Shown: piece after piece, positions 48,962 to 59,322 of the stretch
Numbering within the stretch: position 1 is the stretch's first letter
Layout of the letters: every line of letters starts with the position of its first letter
Source: an uncultured Methanoregulaceae archaeon
GTDB taxonomy: Archaea > Halobacteriota > Methanomicrobia > Methanomicrobiales > Methanospirillaceae
Assembly (NCBI GenBank): GCA_963701095.1
Contig: OY969564.1
Span: 2,336,001-2,400,000 of the forward strand
DNA: 64,000 bases
Direction of reading: 5' to 3'
The notes under the pieces: model-generated
The model's database searches: none
What the model saw: the letters and a program-made list of their open reading frames with translations, nothing else
Told to the model about the DNA's origin: nothing
Position numbers and translations under genes: made by a program

Positions 48962-49312
48962 ATGCAAGATTGCAAAAAGCCAGAAACTCTCAAAAAACCC
49001 GGTACCGCCTCATCGGATCCGTCAGAAAAAATGGTTGATAAATTAATACAGGATTTGAAACAGGGCGAAAATGAAATTGTACGTTCATCTGCCGCTGGGG
49101 CACTTGGGCAACTCAAAGCGAAAAAAGCCATAGACCCCCTCATCAAAGCCCTCAAAGATACCCACGTATATGTCCGGCATGGAGCTGCCTGGGCTCTTGG
49201 CGAAATCAAATCAGAAAAAGCGGTTACGGCACTCAAACAGGCATTAAACGACGCTGATGAAATAACCCGTGCAAAAGCAGCCGAGGCTCTTGCGAAAATC
49301 AAGGGAAACTGA
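48962..49312 (+). CDS. HEAT (PBS lyase-type) repeat protein
   Basis: VR.SAA.ALG / VRHGAAWALG / TRAKAAEALA. Confidence 0.9.
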   Translation: MQDCKKPETLKKPGTASSDPSEKMVDKLIQDLKQGENEIVRSSAAGALGQLKAKKAIDPLIKALKDTHVYVRHGAAWALGEIKSEKAVTALKQALNDADEITRAKAAEALAKIKGN

Positions 49313-49454
49313 AATACTAAGAACCTCCGGGAATCGTTGATATCTGGCTATAGTACTGGAGGGATTGTATGATGGTACTGAACAAAGCGTATCAAAATCG
49401 AGAAGAAAATAAAAGAGGTTCGGTTGGATTAATGAAAAGAGGAAGAGATTCGGT

Positions 49455-49772
49455 CTAATCCAGCTGTTCCCACCTGATATCTCCGATGAGATCCAGGTTG
49501 GTATTTAAGACCACTTTTGCCTGCCATGCAACAGCACCCATTTTGGCCGCCCGTGATTTTACCTGCCGCTGCTCTTCAGCGGATAAATCTGCAGGAACAT
49601 CCGTAACAGCCGATTTTACCTTGATGAGCATTTTGCCTTTTTTGTCATGCGCCTCGATGTCCGCCAGACCTGATGTATGGGTATCCCCTGTATCAATAGT
49701 ATAGCCTCTTCCTTTCAAATGCTCGACGACATATCCCTCGCCGGCATTTCCTATTTCATGTAGTGTTGGCAT
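49455..49772 (-). CDS. Small PD-(D/E)XK-fold (YraN/Hjc-like) protein
   Basis: GNAGE.YV..HLKGRGYTI...ADIEA...LIKVKS. Confidence 0.6.
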   Translation of the reverse strand: MPTLHEIGNAGEGYVVEHLKGRGYTIDTGDTHTSGLADIEAHDKKGKMLIKVKSAVTDVPADLSAEEQRQVKSRAAKMGAVAWQAKVVLNTNLDLIGDIRWEQLD

Positions 49773-49902
49773 ATATCCTCCCGATCCTTGAGATTTACTT
49801 AAACGGCAACCATCTATAAATGATTTACCACAATAATGCCATATCAAAAACGCTTCTCCCATCCATTTTTCGCCGTGATTTTGTTTATTAATGGTCCGGT
49901 GA

Positions 49903-51039
49903 TCAAACCCTTTTGAGCTCGGCCACTTTCAGGATATCAGACCGGGTTACAATGCCAATGATCTTTCCCTCCTGAACTATCGGAATCCTCCCGATGTTAC
50001 GGGCTGACATGATTTTCAGGGCGTCCATGACTGGTGCAGAATGGGGAAGGGTAATCGGGTTGCGGGTCATGATGTCGCGGACCAGCTTTACTTCGCGATC
50101 TGTTTGTGGAATGCGGTTCACATCTTTGAGGGTAATCATACCGACCAGTGTATCATGTTCGACGACCGGGAAGCCAAGGTGTTTGGTTGAGAGCATCATC
50201 TCCATCACCTTTGCAACCGAAAGCGTTGGTGTCACAAAGGTCACCGGAGAACTCATCGTGGCGCCGATAGTGATATCATGCAACAGGTATGTGAACGTGT
50301 CCATGGTTGCTTCCGAGCTTGCCCCGAGATAGACAAAAAGGGCGATAAGGATCAGGAACGGGTTGAAGAACAAAAGGCCGACGATACCAAAAATAATGGC
50401 AAATCCCTTACCCACGTCGGCGGCGATACGGGTCGCCTTGTGGACGGGCATCCGTTGTGCAAGCGCTGCCCTGAGCACTCTTCCGCCGTCCATGGGAAAT
50501 GCAGGAATCAGGTTAAATGCAAAGAGGATGACGTTGAGCAGGGCGAGGTACCCGAAGATAAAAATAAGGACACCTGCGATCGGGGAATCCTTGATCATTA
50601 CCGGTACAAGGTAGACCAGACCGGCGCAGACAAGACCGAAGAGGAGGCTTGTGAGCGGACCGACAAATGCCATCGGGAGCTCGATTTTCGGATCCGGTAC
50701 GTCTTCTTCTTCCATCTGGGAGACGCCACCAAAAATAAGCAGGGTGATATTCCGGATCTTTACCCCTTTTTTCCTGGCTACTATACAATGGGCGATTTCG
50801 TGGACAAGGACACCTAAAAAGAGCCCGAGTGCGACAATAGTGCCAAGGATCCAGGGCATAAAACCCGCAGTTATCAGGGATGAGTCTATGGGAACCTGGA
50901 AAAGATCCTGGAGAGTGGTTGTTGTAAGGGAAATCTGGCTGCCGATGATCCAGGCTAAAAGAGGGATCACGATCAGAAACGAGAAATGGATGAGAATAGG
51001 AATGCCAAACAATCGTCCTATTTGGTATGACCCTTTCAT
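49903..51039 (-). CDS. Site-2 protease (M50) with CBS pair
   Basis: HEIAH, FNLIPAFPMDGGR, two CBS domains. Confidence 0.93.
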   Translation of the reverse strand: MKGSYQIGRLFGIPILIHFSFLIVIPLLAWIIGSQISLTTTTLQDLFQVPIDSSLITAGFMPWILGTIVALGLFLGVLVHEIAHCIVARKKGVKIRNITLLIFGGVSQMEEEDVPDPKIELPMAFVGPLTSLLFGLVCAGLVYLVPVMIKDSPIAGVLIFIFGYLALLNVILFAFNLIPAFPMDGGRVLRAALAQRMPVHKATRIAADVGKGFAIIFGIVGLLFFNPFLILIALFVYLGASSEATMDTFTYLLHDITIGATMSSPVTFVTPTLSVAKVMEMMLSTKHLGFPVVEHDTLVGMITLKDVNRIPQTDREVKLVRDIMTRNPITLPHSAPVMDALKIMSARNIGRIPIVQEGKIIGIVTRSDILKVAELKRV

Positions 51040-51350
51040 GTAGTATGGATAATCACTTACGCAGGTAATACTTTCGGAACTGCAGTCTTTTTGAGGGATA
51101 CGCCGCAACTTCCCGGTCTACCCTAAATGCCTTTCCCGGTCAAAACCAAAAATGTCAGAAACGGCGGCTTTTTGACCGATAAAAACTGGATTTTTTGCTA
51201 AAAAGGATATAGTATATGGGAAATTATTCCCCGAAGAGACCTGGGCCGCCATCCTTCCCTTGGTATATCGTGAAGAGGTTGTTTTTGAGAAACTACAGCA
51301 TCTGACCATAGATATGGTTATTACCCCTTCCCACTAAGCCCTCATTAACA

Positions 51351-52313
51351 ATGGATTCAACACCTTCCCTCCCGGGATACCATCTGCCGGACACTCTTCA
51401 GATATCGCAAAACGATCTTGTCCGGTTCTGGGTGATCGCATCAATTACTGCCTCTATCATAGGGGTTACCTACATTTCCATGGCAGCGGGATATGGTTCG
51501 ATAGTCCCGCAGCTTTTCTATTTCCCGATCCTTTATGCCACGTATTTCTATCCCTCCCGCGGGATTTATGTTGCCGGGAGCTGTTCAGTTGCCTACCTTC
51601 TGGTGTCGGTATATTTTCTCACACCAAATGTGTTTGTCGTAGGCGGTGTAGTCTTTCAGGCACTTTTGTTTATCGGTATCGCTGTTGTTTCTTCCTACGT
51701 CGTCAAACAACGGGACCCCCTCCAAATTACCATGCCCGGGGATGATGCCGTTGCGGTCCGGATGATGATCGCTACAGGGGAAAGCGAACGGGTTGAATTC
51801 AAGTTCAAAGCTCTCTGGAGCACGAGGCTTTCCAAAGAGGAGGCGGACGCCAGTGAATCGGCGGAAGTGCGAAAATACCGGACAAACGCCTCAAAATTTA
51901 TTATCGCAAGGTCAATTGCAGGGTTCCTGAATTCCAGTGGCGGGGATGTCATCATTGGCATAGAAGAAGACCGGGTAAAAAATGTGATCCAGGTGGTGGG
52001 GATCGATGACGATTATTCCCGGCTGCTGGAAAAAGACCGTAACCCGGATGGGTACCGGCGGATGTTGATTGACTCGGTAATCCGGCGATATATTCCCGAG
52101 ATCTATGAAACAGCGAGCCAGTATATCCGCATCACATTCCCGGTTATCTCGGAAAAAACGTTATGCCATGTCCATATAATTCCTGCTGAAAAGCCGGTTT
52201 TTGTTGATACAGGGAGTGAAGAGTTTTTCTTTATCCGGGTTGATGCATCAACCCGCAATATCAGTGGAAAGACCCTGACGAACTATATCCTTACCCGCTT
52301 CAAGAAATCCTAA
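51351..52313 (+). CDS. Membrane-anchored Schlafen/AlbA_2 domain protein
   Basis: 4 N-terminal TM; GESERVEFK, IAGFLNSSGGDVIIGIEED, FFIRVDASTR. Confidence 0.82.
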   Translation: MDSTPSLPGYHLPDTLQISQNDLVRFWVIASITASIIGVTYISMAAGYGSIVPQLFYFPILYATYFYPSRGIYVAGSCSVAYLLVSVYFLTPNVFVVGGVVFQALLFIGIAVVSSYVVKQRDPLQITMPGDDAVAVRMMIATGESERVEFKFKALWSTRLSKEEADASESAEVRKYRTNASKFIIARSIAGFLNSSGGDVIIGIEEDRVKNVIQVVGIDDDYSRLLEKDRNPDGYRRMLIDSVIRRYIPEIYETASQYIRITFPVISEKTLCHVHIIPAEKPVFVDTGSEEFFFIRVDASTRNISGKTLTNYILTRFKKS

Positions 52314-52374
52314 CGGATACATCATCCTGATTTCTCGTTAAAATGTGCGTGCTATCGTGTCCCCCAGATCTGAG

Positions 52375-53199
52375 TCAAAATTCATAACGGAGATGACGTA
52401 CCATCTTCTTCGCAGCAGGAATATGGCTCATCAGGTGGTAATACATTCTCCCGATTCTTGATGGCGATACTCGTTCGATGAGTTCGGGCAGGTCTAGAAA
52501 GGAAATTTCATTGACAAGCCTTAACCGGGGAACATGTTTTTCGAACGCCCGAGCGTCACCCAAACCCCAGAGAAGGGATACCTTTGATCGTTTGGCGGCA
52601 GGTGAGAGCATGACAAACTGTATCATCAGCTCACTATGAGCATCAAAAATAATCTGGCCATACGGAAATTTTCCGGTGATTCTCCTGAAGAGTGCATACA
52701 CCTCTTCTTCTGGTATATATTGCACTAGTCCCTCAGCGACGACGATTACGGGCTTATCTGCCGGTATTTCGTCTAGCCATCCAGGATCGGTTACGGAAGA
52801 ACCAATCATAATGTAATTGTGACGATCTGGATACAATTTCTTTCTCAGCTCGATCACCTCCGGAAAGTCCACGTCATACCAGCGGACAGTAGCTGGTGGG
52901 TCGATGCGGAACACGCGACTGTCAAGGCCACTTCCCAGGTGCAGCACGGTCGCGTCAGGATTGGCAGCGAGAAATTCCCGGGTCCAGCCATCAATATGTT
53001 TGGCCCTCACCGGGAGAGAAACTGAGGCTCCTTTCGGGCTTTTCAGCTTTTCAAAATCAAAATCTATTCGTCTGACCGCTTCATCAGCAAATTTGTCGTC
53101 CAGGATCGGGTTTTTCGTACGGTAATCGAGGGCTTTTCCGTATAAAGTTATGAGATACGTTTCGTTATCTTTGTCAAGGTGAATCTTTTCGGCGTCCAT
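52375..53199 (-). CDS. Class I SAM methyltransferase (LCM/TcmP-like)
   Basis: TLYGKA, VLHLGSGLDSR, WYDVDFPEVI, AEGL. Confidence 0.9.
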   Translation of the reverse strand: MDAEKIHLDKDNETYLITLYGKALDYRTKNPILDDKFADEAVRRIDFDFEKLKSPKGASVSLPVRAKHIDGWTREFLAANPDATVLHLGSGLDSRVFRIDPPATVRWYDVDFPEVIELRKKLYPDRHNYIMIGSSVTDPGWLDEIPADKPVIVVAEGLVQYIPEEEVYALFRRITGKFPYGQIIFDAHSELMIQFVMLSPAAKRSKVSLLWGLGDARAFEKHVPRLRLVNEISFLDLPELIERVSPSRIGRMYYHLMSHIPAAKKMVRHLRYEF

Positions 53200-53404
53200 A
53201 TGATCAGACCTTTGAGAGCTGGCCCGGAATTTATAGACCATTTGAATGTTTATTTATCAAAGGTGGATATTGATCTTTAAAATGCAATTCTTTTATGCTC
53301 TGACGAATTTACTTTCCAGAGTGAATAAAAAGCGAAATACATTTACCCGAAATCAACCATACTTTGTGACGAATAGGTTCTCCTGTCTCCGGTGACGACA
53401 TTAC

Positions 53405-53638
53405 ATGACCGAGGAATTCTGGAATTTTCTTTACCGCTTAGCAGAAAGTCTCTCTTGTATTGCCATAGGCGTACTTCTCATTGTTTTTAGCGGATTAAAT
53501 GTAACATTCGATTATACAGGTCCGGCGTCCCACTTAATGATCCTCATTTCCTTATTTGGTGGGTTTTTTTTCCTTGGTTTAGGTATTTTTCTTATTATCG
53601 ATTGCGGGAGAAAAGGATTCCCGAGTTTGAAACAATAA
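53405..53638 (+). CDS. Small membrane protein
   Basis: Two hydrophobic segments. Confidence 0.6.
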   Translation: MTEEFWNFLYRLAESLSCIAIGVLLIVFSGLNVTFDYTGPASHLMILISLFGGFFFLGLGIFLIIDCGRKGFPSLKQ

Positions 53639-53815
53639 CATATTTGCTCTCTGATCAATCCACTCTTGCCGGATTTCTCAACCGTTTTTTTCGTCCATCG
53701 TTTAACCTCTCGGTTCTGGGAACCTACCCGGGATATTTTTTGAATATATATATCATTCAGGTGAACTTTTGATTGCAAGCCCGAACCTCGGGTCACTAAT
53801 CAGGAGAGAAAAACC

Positions 53816-54456
53816 ATGAAACCCAGCATACTTGTCATAACCTGCATTTGCGCCGTGCTCATCATTGCACTGGTGCTCCCCGTGAGTGCAGACGACGCCT
53901 CACAGGTAACCGTAACGCCCACTGCCACTATCACCGGTACCCGGCCCCGGGTTTTGACCCGCTTGGTTCACTGGAGAGCATCCTTGGGCTGCGGCATGAT
54001 GACCGGAACCTCACTCAGAATATCAGTGCAAATGACAAGGACATAGACCAGAACTGGTGGGACAACCTGGATATTTTCCAGGATATTCTTGGGAACCGGG
54101 CAACGGTACGGGACGACCAGTCTGCTGATCTTGCGAACCGGTCCACAAACATCGGGTACCGCGAGGATATCCACACCGATCGGCAGGATATAAGGAACGA
54201 TTCCGGCAACCGGACAGCTGAAGAGCAGCAGATCGCGGCAGACCGGGGCGACATCCACCAGGACTGGCAGGGCAATGCTGCAATCCACCAGGATATCCAT
54301 AACGAACGGAATGCAAGCGAGCAGGACTGGACCCAGATCAATGCAAACTGGCAACAGGACGCCTCCCTCCGGCAGAATAACAGTGCCGACCGGGAACAGA
54401 TACAAGACAACCGGCAGCAGATCCGTGATGACCGCGGGAATAGCGGTTCATCTTAA
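53816..54456 (+). CDS. Secreted heptad-repeat (D/N/Q/R-rich) protein, frameshift near 53942
   Basis: Signal peptide ending VSA in one frame; repeats DIHTDRQ/DIRNDSG/DIHQDWQ/QIRDDRG in the next. Confidence 0.75.
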
Positions 54457-54593
54457 AACCTTTTTAAGGCTCTTTCAAAACGGCAATCGTCCGGATACAT
54501 CCCGCACGACCAGGAGATATCCCTCATAAAATATAGGACGGATACGAACTTTTTTTGGTGTCCGGGTATAACTAACCCGCGAAGGAAAACCTC

Positions 54594-55520
54594 ATGAAGG
54601 CTGTGCGAATCCATGCATTCGGCAATTCCGGGGTATTGAAATACGAAGACGCTCCCCTACCGGAGACAGGACCCGACGAAGTATTGGTCAAGGTGCACGC
54701 GTGCGGCGTGAACCCCGTGGACTGGAAAATCCGCGAAGGGTTCATGGAGCCAATGGTCCATCATACCCTTCCCCTCACCCTGGGCTGGGATGTCGCCGGT
54801 ACCGTAGAAAAGACGGGAAACCTCGTGAAACGTTTTAAGAAAGGTGATCCCGTGTTCTGCCGGCCCGATACTTTAAGAAACGGGGGCTATGCGGAATATA
54901 TTACCGTAAAGACCATTGATCTTGCATCGGCGCCACGGAATATTCCCTTTGACCAGGCGGCCGGCATACCGCTTGCATCTCAGGCAGCCTGGATGGCATT
55001 GTTTGAGGTTGCCGGTCTCAGGGAAGGCCAGAAGGTCCTTATCCATGGTGCATCGGGCGGGGTTGGCACGTTTGCGGTTCAGCTTGCAAAGATTGCCGGT
55101 GCGTATGTTATCGGGACCGCATCAACGAAAAATATTGCGATGGTTCAATCGCTCGGTGCTGATGAGGTAATCGATCATACGGCTGAAGATTTCAGCAAAA
55201 AACTCAGCGGGATGGATGTGGTTTTTGATACGATCGGTGGGGAGACTCAGGCAAAATCATGGGGTGTGCTCCGTAAGGGCGGTGTGTTGGTATCTTCTGT
55301 GGGCGCTGATGAAAAAGCGGCTGCGGCACACGGTGTTGCCGGCAGATCGTTTATGCTTATCTCAAACGGTGCCCGACTCCAGGAAATTGCCACTCTGGTT
55401 GATAACGGAAAACTCCGCGTTTTCATCGAGAAAGTATTCCCTCTTGCTGAAGCAAAGGCTGCACAGGATTTGAGCCAGACCGGCCATGTACGGGGAAAAA
55501 TAATCCTTAAAGTAATCTGA
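54594..55520 (+). CDS. NADP-dependent (quinone) oxidoreductase, MDR family
   Basis: GVNPVDWK, GWDVAG, HGASGGVG, RGKII. Confidence 0.93.
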   Translation: MKAVRIHAFGNSGVLKYEDAPLPETGPDEVLVKVHACGVNPVDWKIREGFMEPMVHHTLPLTLGWDVAGTVEKTGNLVKRFKKGDPVFCRPDTLRNGGYAEYITVKTIDLASAPRNIPFDQAAGIPLASQAAWMALFEVAGLREGQKVLIHGASGGVGTFAVQLAKIAGAYVIGTASTKNIAMVQSLGADEVIDHTAEDFSKKLSGMDVVFDTIGGETQAKSWGVLRKGGVLVSSVGADEKAAAAHGVAGRSFMLISNGARLQEIATLVDNGKLRVFIEKVFPLAEAKAAQDLSQTGHVRGKIILKVI

Positions 55521-55562
55521 TCCTTTTTTTTAAGTCCGGCGACCCTGAATGATCTAAGAAAA

Positions 55563-56186
55563 ATGACTCACTATCTCATAGATATCCGCCTCATGGGTTC
55601 AGTGAGGCAGCAGATCCGGGATTTAAGCACTCATTTACACCAGAAATTTAATCTTGGGGACAAAGGAGTCATTCCTCACATTTCTCTCGTGGGGCCTTTT
55701 TTCACGCACGATGAAGAAAAACTTGTCGAAGATTTTACCCGGATAAGTGCAAGCCAGGCGGAGATTCCCAAATATACGGTAGGCGGGTATGGATTTTTTG
55801 ACGATTCCCGGGTTGTTTTTGTCACAATTACCCCGGATGCAACCTTAAAACAATTCCGCCACCAGCTCTCCCTTGCACTTTCTCCGTACTGTTCCTTGCG
55901 AAAATATGACCGGGATGGCGAGGATGAATTCAGGTTTCATGCAACCCTGGCCATGAAACTTGACTGGCTTACCTTCCAGCGAATAAAATGGTATTTCAGA
56001 AGGCAAGAGCCTATCCTGTACCGGCACCATCCAATACGGGTAACGCTGCTCCGGAACACCAGAATCCTCTGTGAATACGATTTTATTCAGCAAAGGATGC
56101 TGAGCCGGTCACAGGCACTGAGCAGGGCAACATGGAAGCGGGATGTTGATATGCTCAAAGCGTGGGATTATGGAATCTGGGAATAA
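55563..56186 (+). CDS. 2H phosphoesterase (2'-5' RNA ligase family)
   Basis: Two HxT/S motifs: PHISL and FHATL. Confidence 0.85.
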   Translation: MTHYLIDIRLMGSVRQQIRDLSTHLHQKFNLGDKGVIPHISLVGPFFTHDEEKLVEDFTRISASQAEIPKYTVGGYGFFDDSRVVFVTITPDATLKQFRHQLSLALSPYCSLRKYDRDGEDEFRFHATLAMKLDWLTFQRIKWYFRRQEPILYRHHPIRVTLLRNTRILCEYDFIQQRMLSRSQALSRATWKRDVDMLKAWDYGIWE

Positions 56187-56287
56187 GAAGAATCGTTCAG
56201 TAATACCGACGTTCCCCAATCTCTAAAAATTTTATATCTTTGTCACCGTCTGGAACTTGATATAGATTCAACACAAAAATCAGCTCT

Positions 56288-56701
56288 GTGAAGTTCGATA
56301 AACGGTACTGGATTTTTATAGTAGCGGCGATGTTTTTTGCAACCGTTGCCTCCCTCTGCACCCTTTACCTGAACAGTATCCGGGTGCATTTTCTGGAATG
56401 CGACTCGGTGGCGGCAACCTGTTTTACATCCATAGGGATGGTCCCCAGTATGGCGCTGGGGATCCTGGTATTATTGCCGCTTATGGTTGCGATACCCTAC
56501 ATCTTCCGGCAGAACGAGAGACTGGGTCTCCTGTCGGCGCTTGTGCTCGGGTTTATTGTTTCCTATACTATCTTTGATGCATTCAACGACGTGTCGGTAA
56601 TTATGGGGTATCATAACGTGTACCTTGTTGCCCATTCGCTCCTCGATACAACGAATAATGTCACCGGATCTCTTATTGGTACCGGATCTTCTATGTGTTA
56701 G
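56288..56701 (+). CDS. Hypothetical membrane protein
   Basis: Three hydrophobic segments. Confidence 0.65.
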   Translation: MKFDKRYWIFIVAAMFFATVASLCTLYLNSIRVHFLECDSVAATCFTSIGMVPSMALGILVLLPLMVAIPYIFRQNERLGLLSALVLGFIVSYTIFDAFNDVSVIMGYHNVYLVAHSLLDTTNNVTGSLIGTGSSMC

Positions 56702-56810
56702 GGGACGTCAAAACGGGATTTCATCATGGGCTGGTTCAACAATACAGGAATATTTTAAGAAGGAAAAAAACCAAACAGAATGAGCCAAAAGCGCTAAAAG
56801 AGGTAATTAA

Positions 56811-56948
56811 ATGCCAACAAGTAAGAAAATGATGACGAAGCTGAACCAGGTGAAGAAGGTCAAGGCAGAAGAGCTCTCGAAGCAGGCGGCTGCGGGGAGC
56901 GAGAGCGCCAAGAAGAAGCTCAAAAAGCTCGAGAAGAAACTCAAGTAA
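56811..56948 (+). CDS. Small lysine-rich protein (45 aa), not in ORF track
   Basis: GAGGT SD; MPTSKKMMTKLNQVKKVKAEELSKQAAAGSESAKKKLKKLEKKLK*; T-rich tract downstream. Confidence 0.75.
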   Translation: MPTSKKMMTKLNQVKKVKAEELSKQAAAGSESAKKKLKKLEKKLK

Positions 56949-57173
56949 TCTGCTGGGAATTTCCCGCCAGGCTTATTTTCTTTTTTCAAAGCCATTATAA
57001 ACGAATAGATCATGCAAGTGACTCACGGGAATGTGCACACCAGTCGGCCCTACTGCCGTGACTCACCTGACACGTAAGAATTGAGTTGGATCGTTCGATC
57101 TTGACCGTGGGTTAGGTACGGTCACAAACACTTTATCCCGGATAAAAGAATCATCCATTCAGAGGGATATGCT

Positions 57174-57623
57174 GTGCCTGAAGTAAGTGTCGCCATGCTC
57201 GACGTGGATCACCACATCCACCTGATTCCGGTAAAAAGGGTAATAATGCTCAGTATCGAGCATTCTGCTCTCAAGAAAGGGGAAATCAAGAACTATGAAA
57301 TTTCCTGCATGATCAGGCTTTCTGCTGAAGGGGGGTCACACCAGTTCGAGGATATCATTCGTCTTTCTTTTGCGGCAGCCCAGATGCCTGGTCAGCAGTT
57401 TATGACAGAGCTGACCTTTATCCAGAACCATATTATAAAAACTGTATTTGACCAGGTATTATCCGGTGTACCGACCTGCTGTTATCCAAACGATCCTCTT
57501 GCAAAAGAAACAGGGGTTTCACTGGGTTCTGTTATCATAACTCAGATGGTTGCCTCTAAACCACTCAAAGAGGTACTGGCCAAATACGGCGCCCTGCCGG
57601 AGTCTATGGTATTCACTCACTAG
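57174..57623 (+). CDS. Hypothetical protein
   Basis: 149 aa ORF, GAGGG SD. Confidence 0.6.
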   Translation: MPEVSVAMLDVDHHIHLIPVKRVIMLSIEHSALKKGEIKNYEISCMIRLSAEGGSHQFEDIIRLSFAAAQMPGQQFMTELTFIQNHIIKTVFDQVLSGVPTCCYPNDPLAKETGVSLGSVIITQMVASKPLKEVLAKYGALPESMVFTH

Positions 57624-57832
57624 GTACGATTGAAACCGACATTTTCACAAGAGATCCCGTGTTTACATCCGGATGGGATTTCGATGAAAAGGAAAAAGGC
57701 GTAGCTGTCAAAAGTATCCAGACAAGGTACAGCGCCCCGGATCAGGATCCTGCAGCTTACCCGGACCTAAAATGTACCGGGACATACACTTTTATCCAAA
57801 ACCGGCATTACGCTCATTACTGAGGTTATCGT

Positions 57833-58564
57833 ATGACTGGAAAATGTGCGGTATTCCTTTTGCTTATCGTTCTCCTTCTCGCCTTTGTTATCCCACCCGC
57901 TGGCGCACAAGGGGAAGGTTCGGTAACCCGGAGCCAGACATTCACTGTGACTATAGCGGGAACACCCTACGCGACCTATTACGTCTGGCTGAAAGGGACT
58001 TTTTCCCTGAGTGGTGAACCGGGAGACCAGCCCCCAGTCGTCGTCGCAAACCAGGAAAATGTCGTGCAGGACCAGCCGGGCGGGCCCTATACGATTGGCT
58101 CCTACCAGTATTACAATGGCGGCGGTCGCACAATTCTCGATGATGTCGCCCCATCAACGGCAACGGTTTCCGATACCAGTTATTATGCAGCGGTCACTAC
58201 GGATCAGAATGGCATTGGGACTATTGCATTCCAGACTTCGCGGGCAACAGCCGCACAATCATTCTCGATAGATGCACAGAACCCGGCAAATCCCGGCCAG
58301 AATGTGGCTATTTCTCTTGGAACACCAACCCAGGTTCCGGCAGTGACAGCAACGCCATTCCTTACAAGTGTCCCTCTAACGACTTTACCGACGACGACTA
58401 TGACAACCGTACCTGTAATGAATACAACAGCAGTGGTGACGCCGACGCTCGCCCTGACGACTGAGCCGGTAACAACACCGACAACGAAGAGTCCGCTTGG
58501 TGATGTATCAGTCATAACAGCGGTGGGGATTGCGTTTCTTGTGACAGGCTGGAAGAGGCGATAA
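57833..58564 (+). CDS. Cell-surface protein with Thr-rich stalk and archaeosortase-like C-terminal sorting signal
   Basis: Signal peptide; TTPTTKSPLG + TM + KRR. Confidence 0.75.
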   Translation: MTGKCAVFLLLIVLLLAFVIPPAGAQGEGSVTRSQTFTVTIAGTPYATYYVWLKGTFSLSGEPGDQPPVVVANQENVVQDQPGGPYTIGSYQYYNGGGRTILDDVAPSTATVSDTSYYAAVTTDQNGIGTIAFQTSRATAAQSFSIDAQNPANPGQNVAISLGTPTQVPAVTATPFLTSVPLTTLPTTTMTTVPVMNTTAVVTPTLALTTEPVTTPTTKSPLGDVSVITAVGIAFLVTGWKRR

Positions 58565-58697
58565 TTCATGCACATGTCTGGATCCGTGAGTGGCTGGAAT
58601 TATGAAAGAACATCAGTTATCGGCTACTGATTGCAGACGCATCAGAACTCCTCTTACACAGAGAAATACTGATAACTTCCTATGGATGTCGTGAACT

Positions 58698-59276
58698 ATG
58701 GATTTCTTTGATGAATCATACGAGAATACACCCCCCTGGGATATCGGGCATCCGCAGAAAGAGTTTATCGGACTTGCCAGGAACGGGGAGATAAAAGGAT
58801 CAGTCCTTGACCTTGGCTGCGGAACCGGGGAGAATGCTCTCTTCTATGCAGAGGAAGGTCACGAGGTGTATGGTATTGATTCAGCCCCTCTTGCAATCCA
58901 TAAGGCGCAGGAAAAATCCATCCAGAGAGGGGTCCATGTCCATTTTATTGTATTGGACGCGCTGGACCTCAAAAAGCTTAACCGGACCTTTGACACCGCC
59001 ACCGATTCCGGGCTCTTTCATACCCTAACTGACGAAGACCGCCCGATCTTTGCGGAAAATCTTGCAGCCGTCCTGCACCCCGGTGGAACCTATTTTATGC
59101 TCTGCTTTTCCGAGCTGGAGCCCGGCAGCTACGGCCCAAGAAGAGTGACAAAAAAGGAGATACAGGACAGCTTCAGTGAAGGATGGATTATCAATTACAT
59201 CAGGCCGGCGGTTTTTGAGAGCCGCACCTGGAAAAACGGACCCCGTGCCTGGCTCTCGTCAATAACTAAAAAATAA
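58698..59276 (+). CDS. Class I SAM methyltransferase
   Basis: PPWDIG, VLDLGCGTG, DSGLFH. Confidence 0.92.
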   Translation: MDFFDESYENTPPWDIGHPQKEFIGLARNGEIKGSVLDLGCGTGENALFYAEEGHEVYGIDSAPLAIHKAQEKSIQRGVHVHFIVLDALDLKKLNRTFDTATDSGLFHTLTDEDRPIFAENLAAVLHPGGTYFMLCFSELEPGSYGPRRVTKKEIQDSFSEGWIINYIRPAVFESRTWKNGPRAWLSSITKK

Positions 59277-59322
59277 CGAAGGTCCGATTCCTGAAAGATT
59301 TCACCAGAATTCCCGGGAGTAG

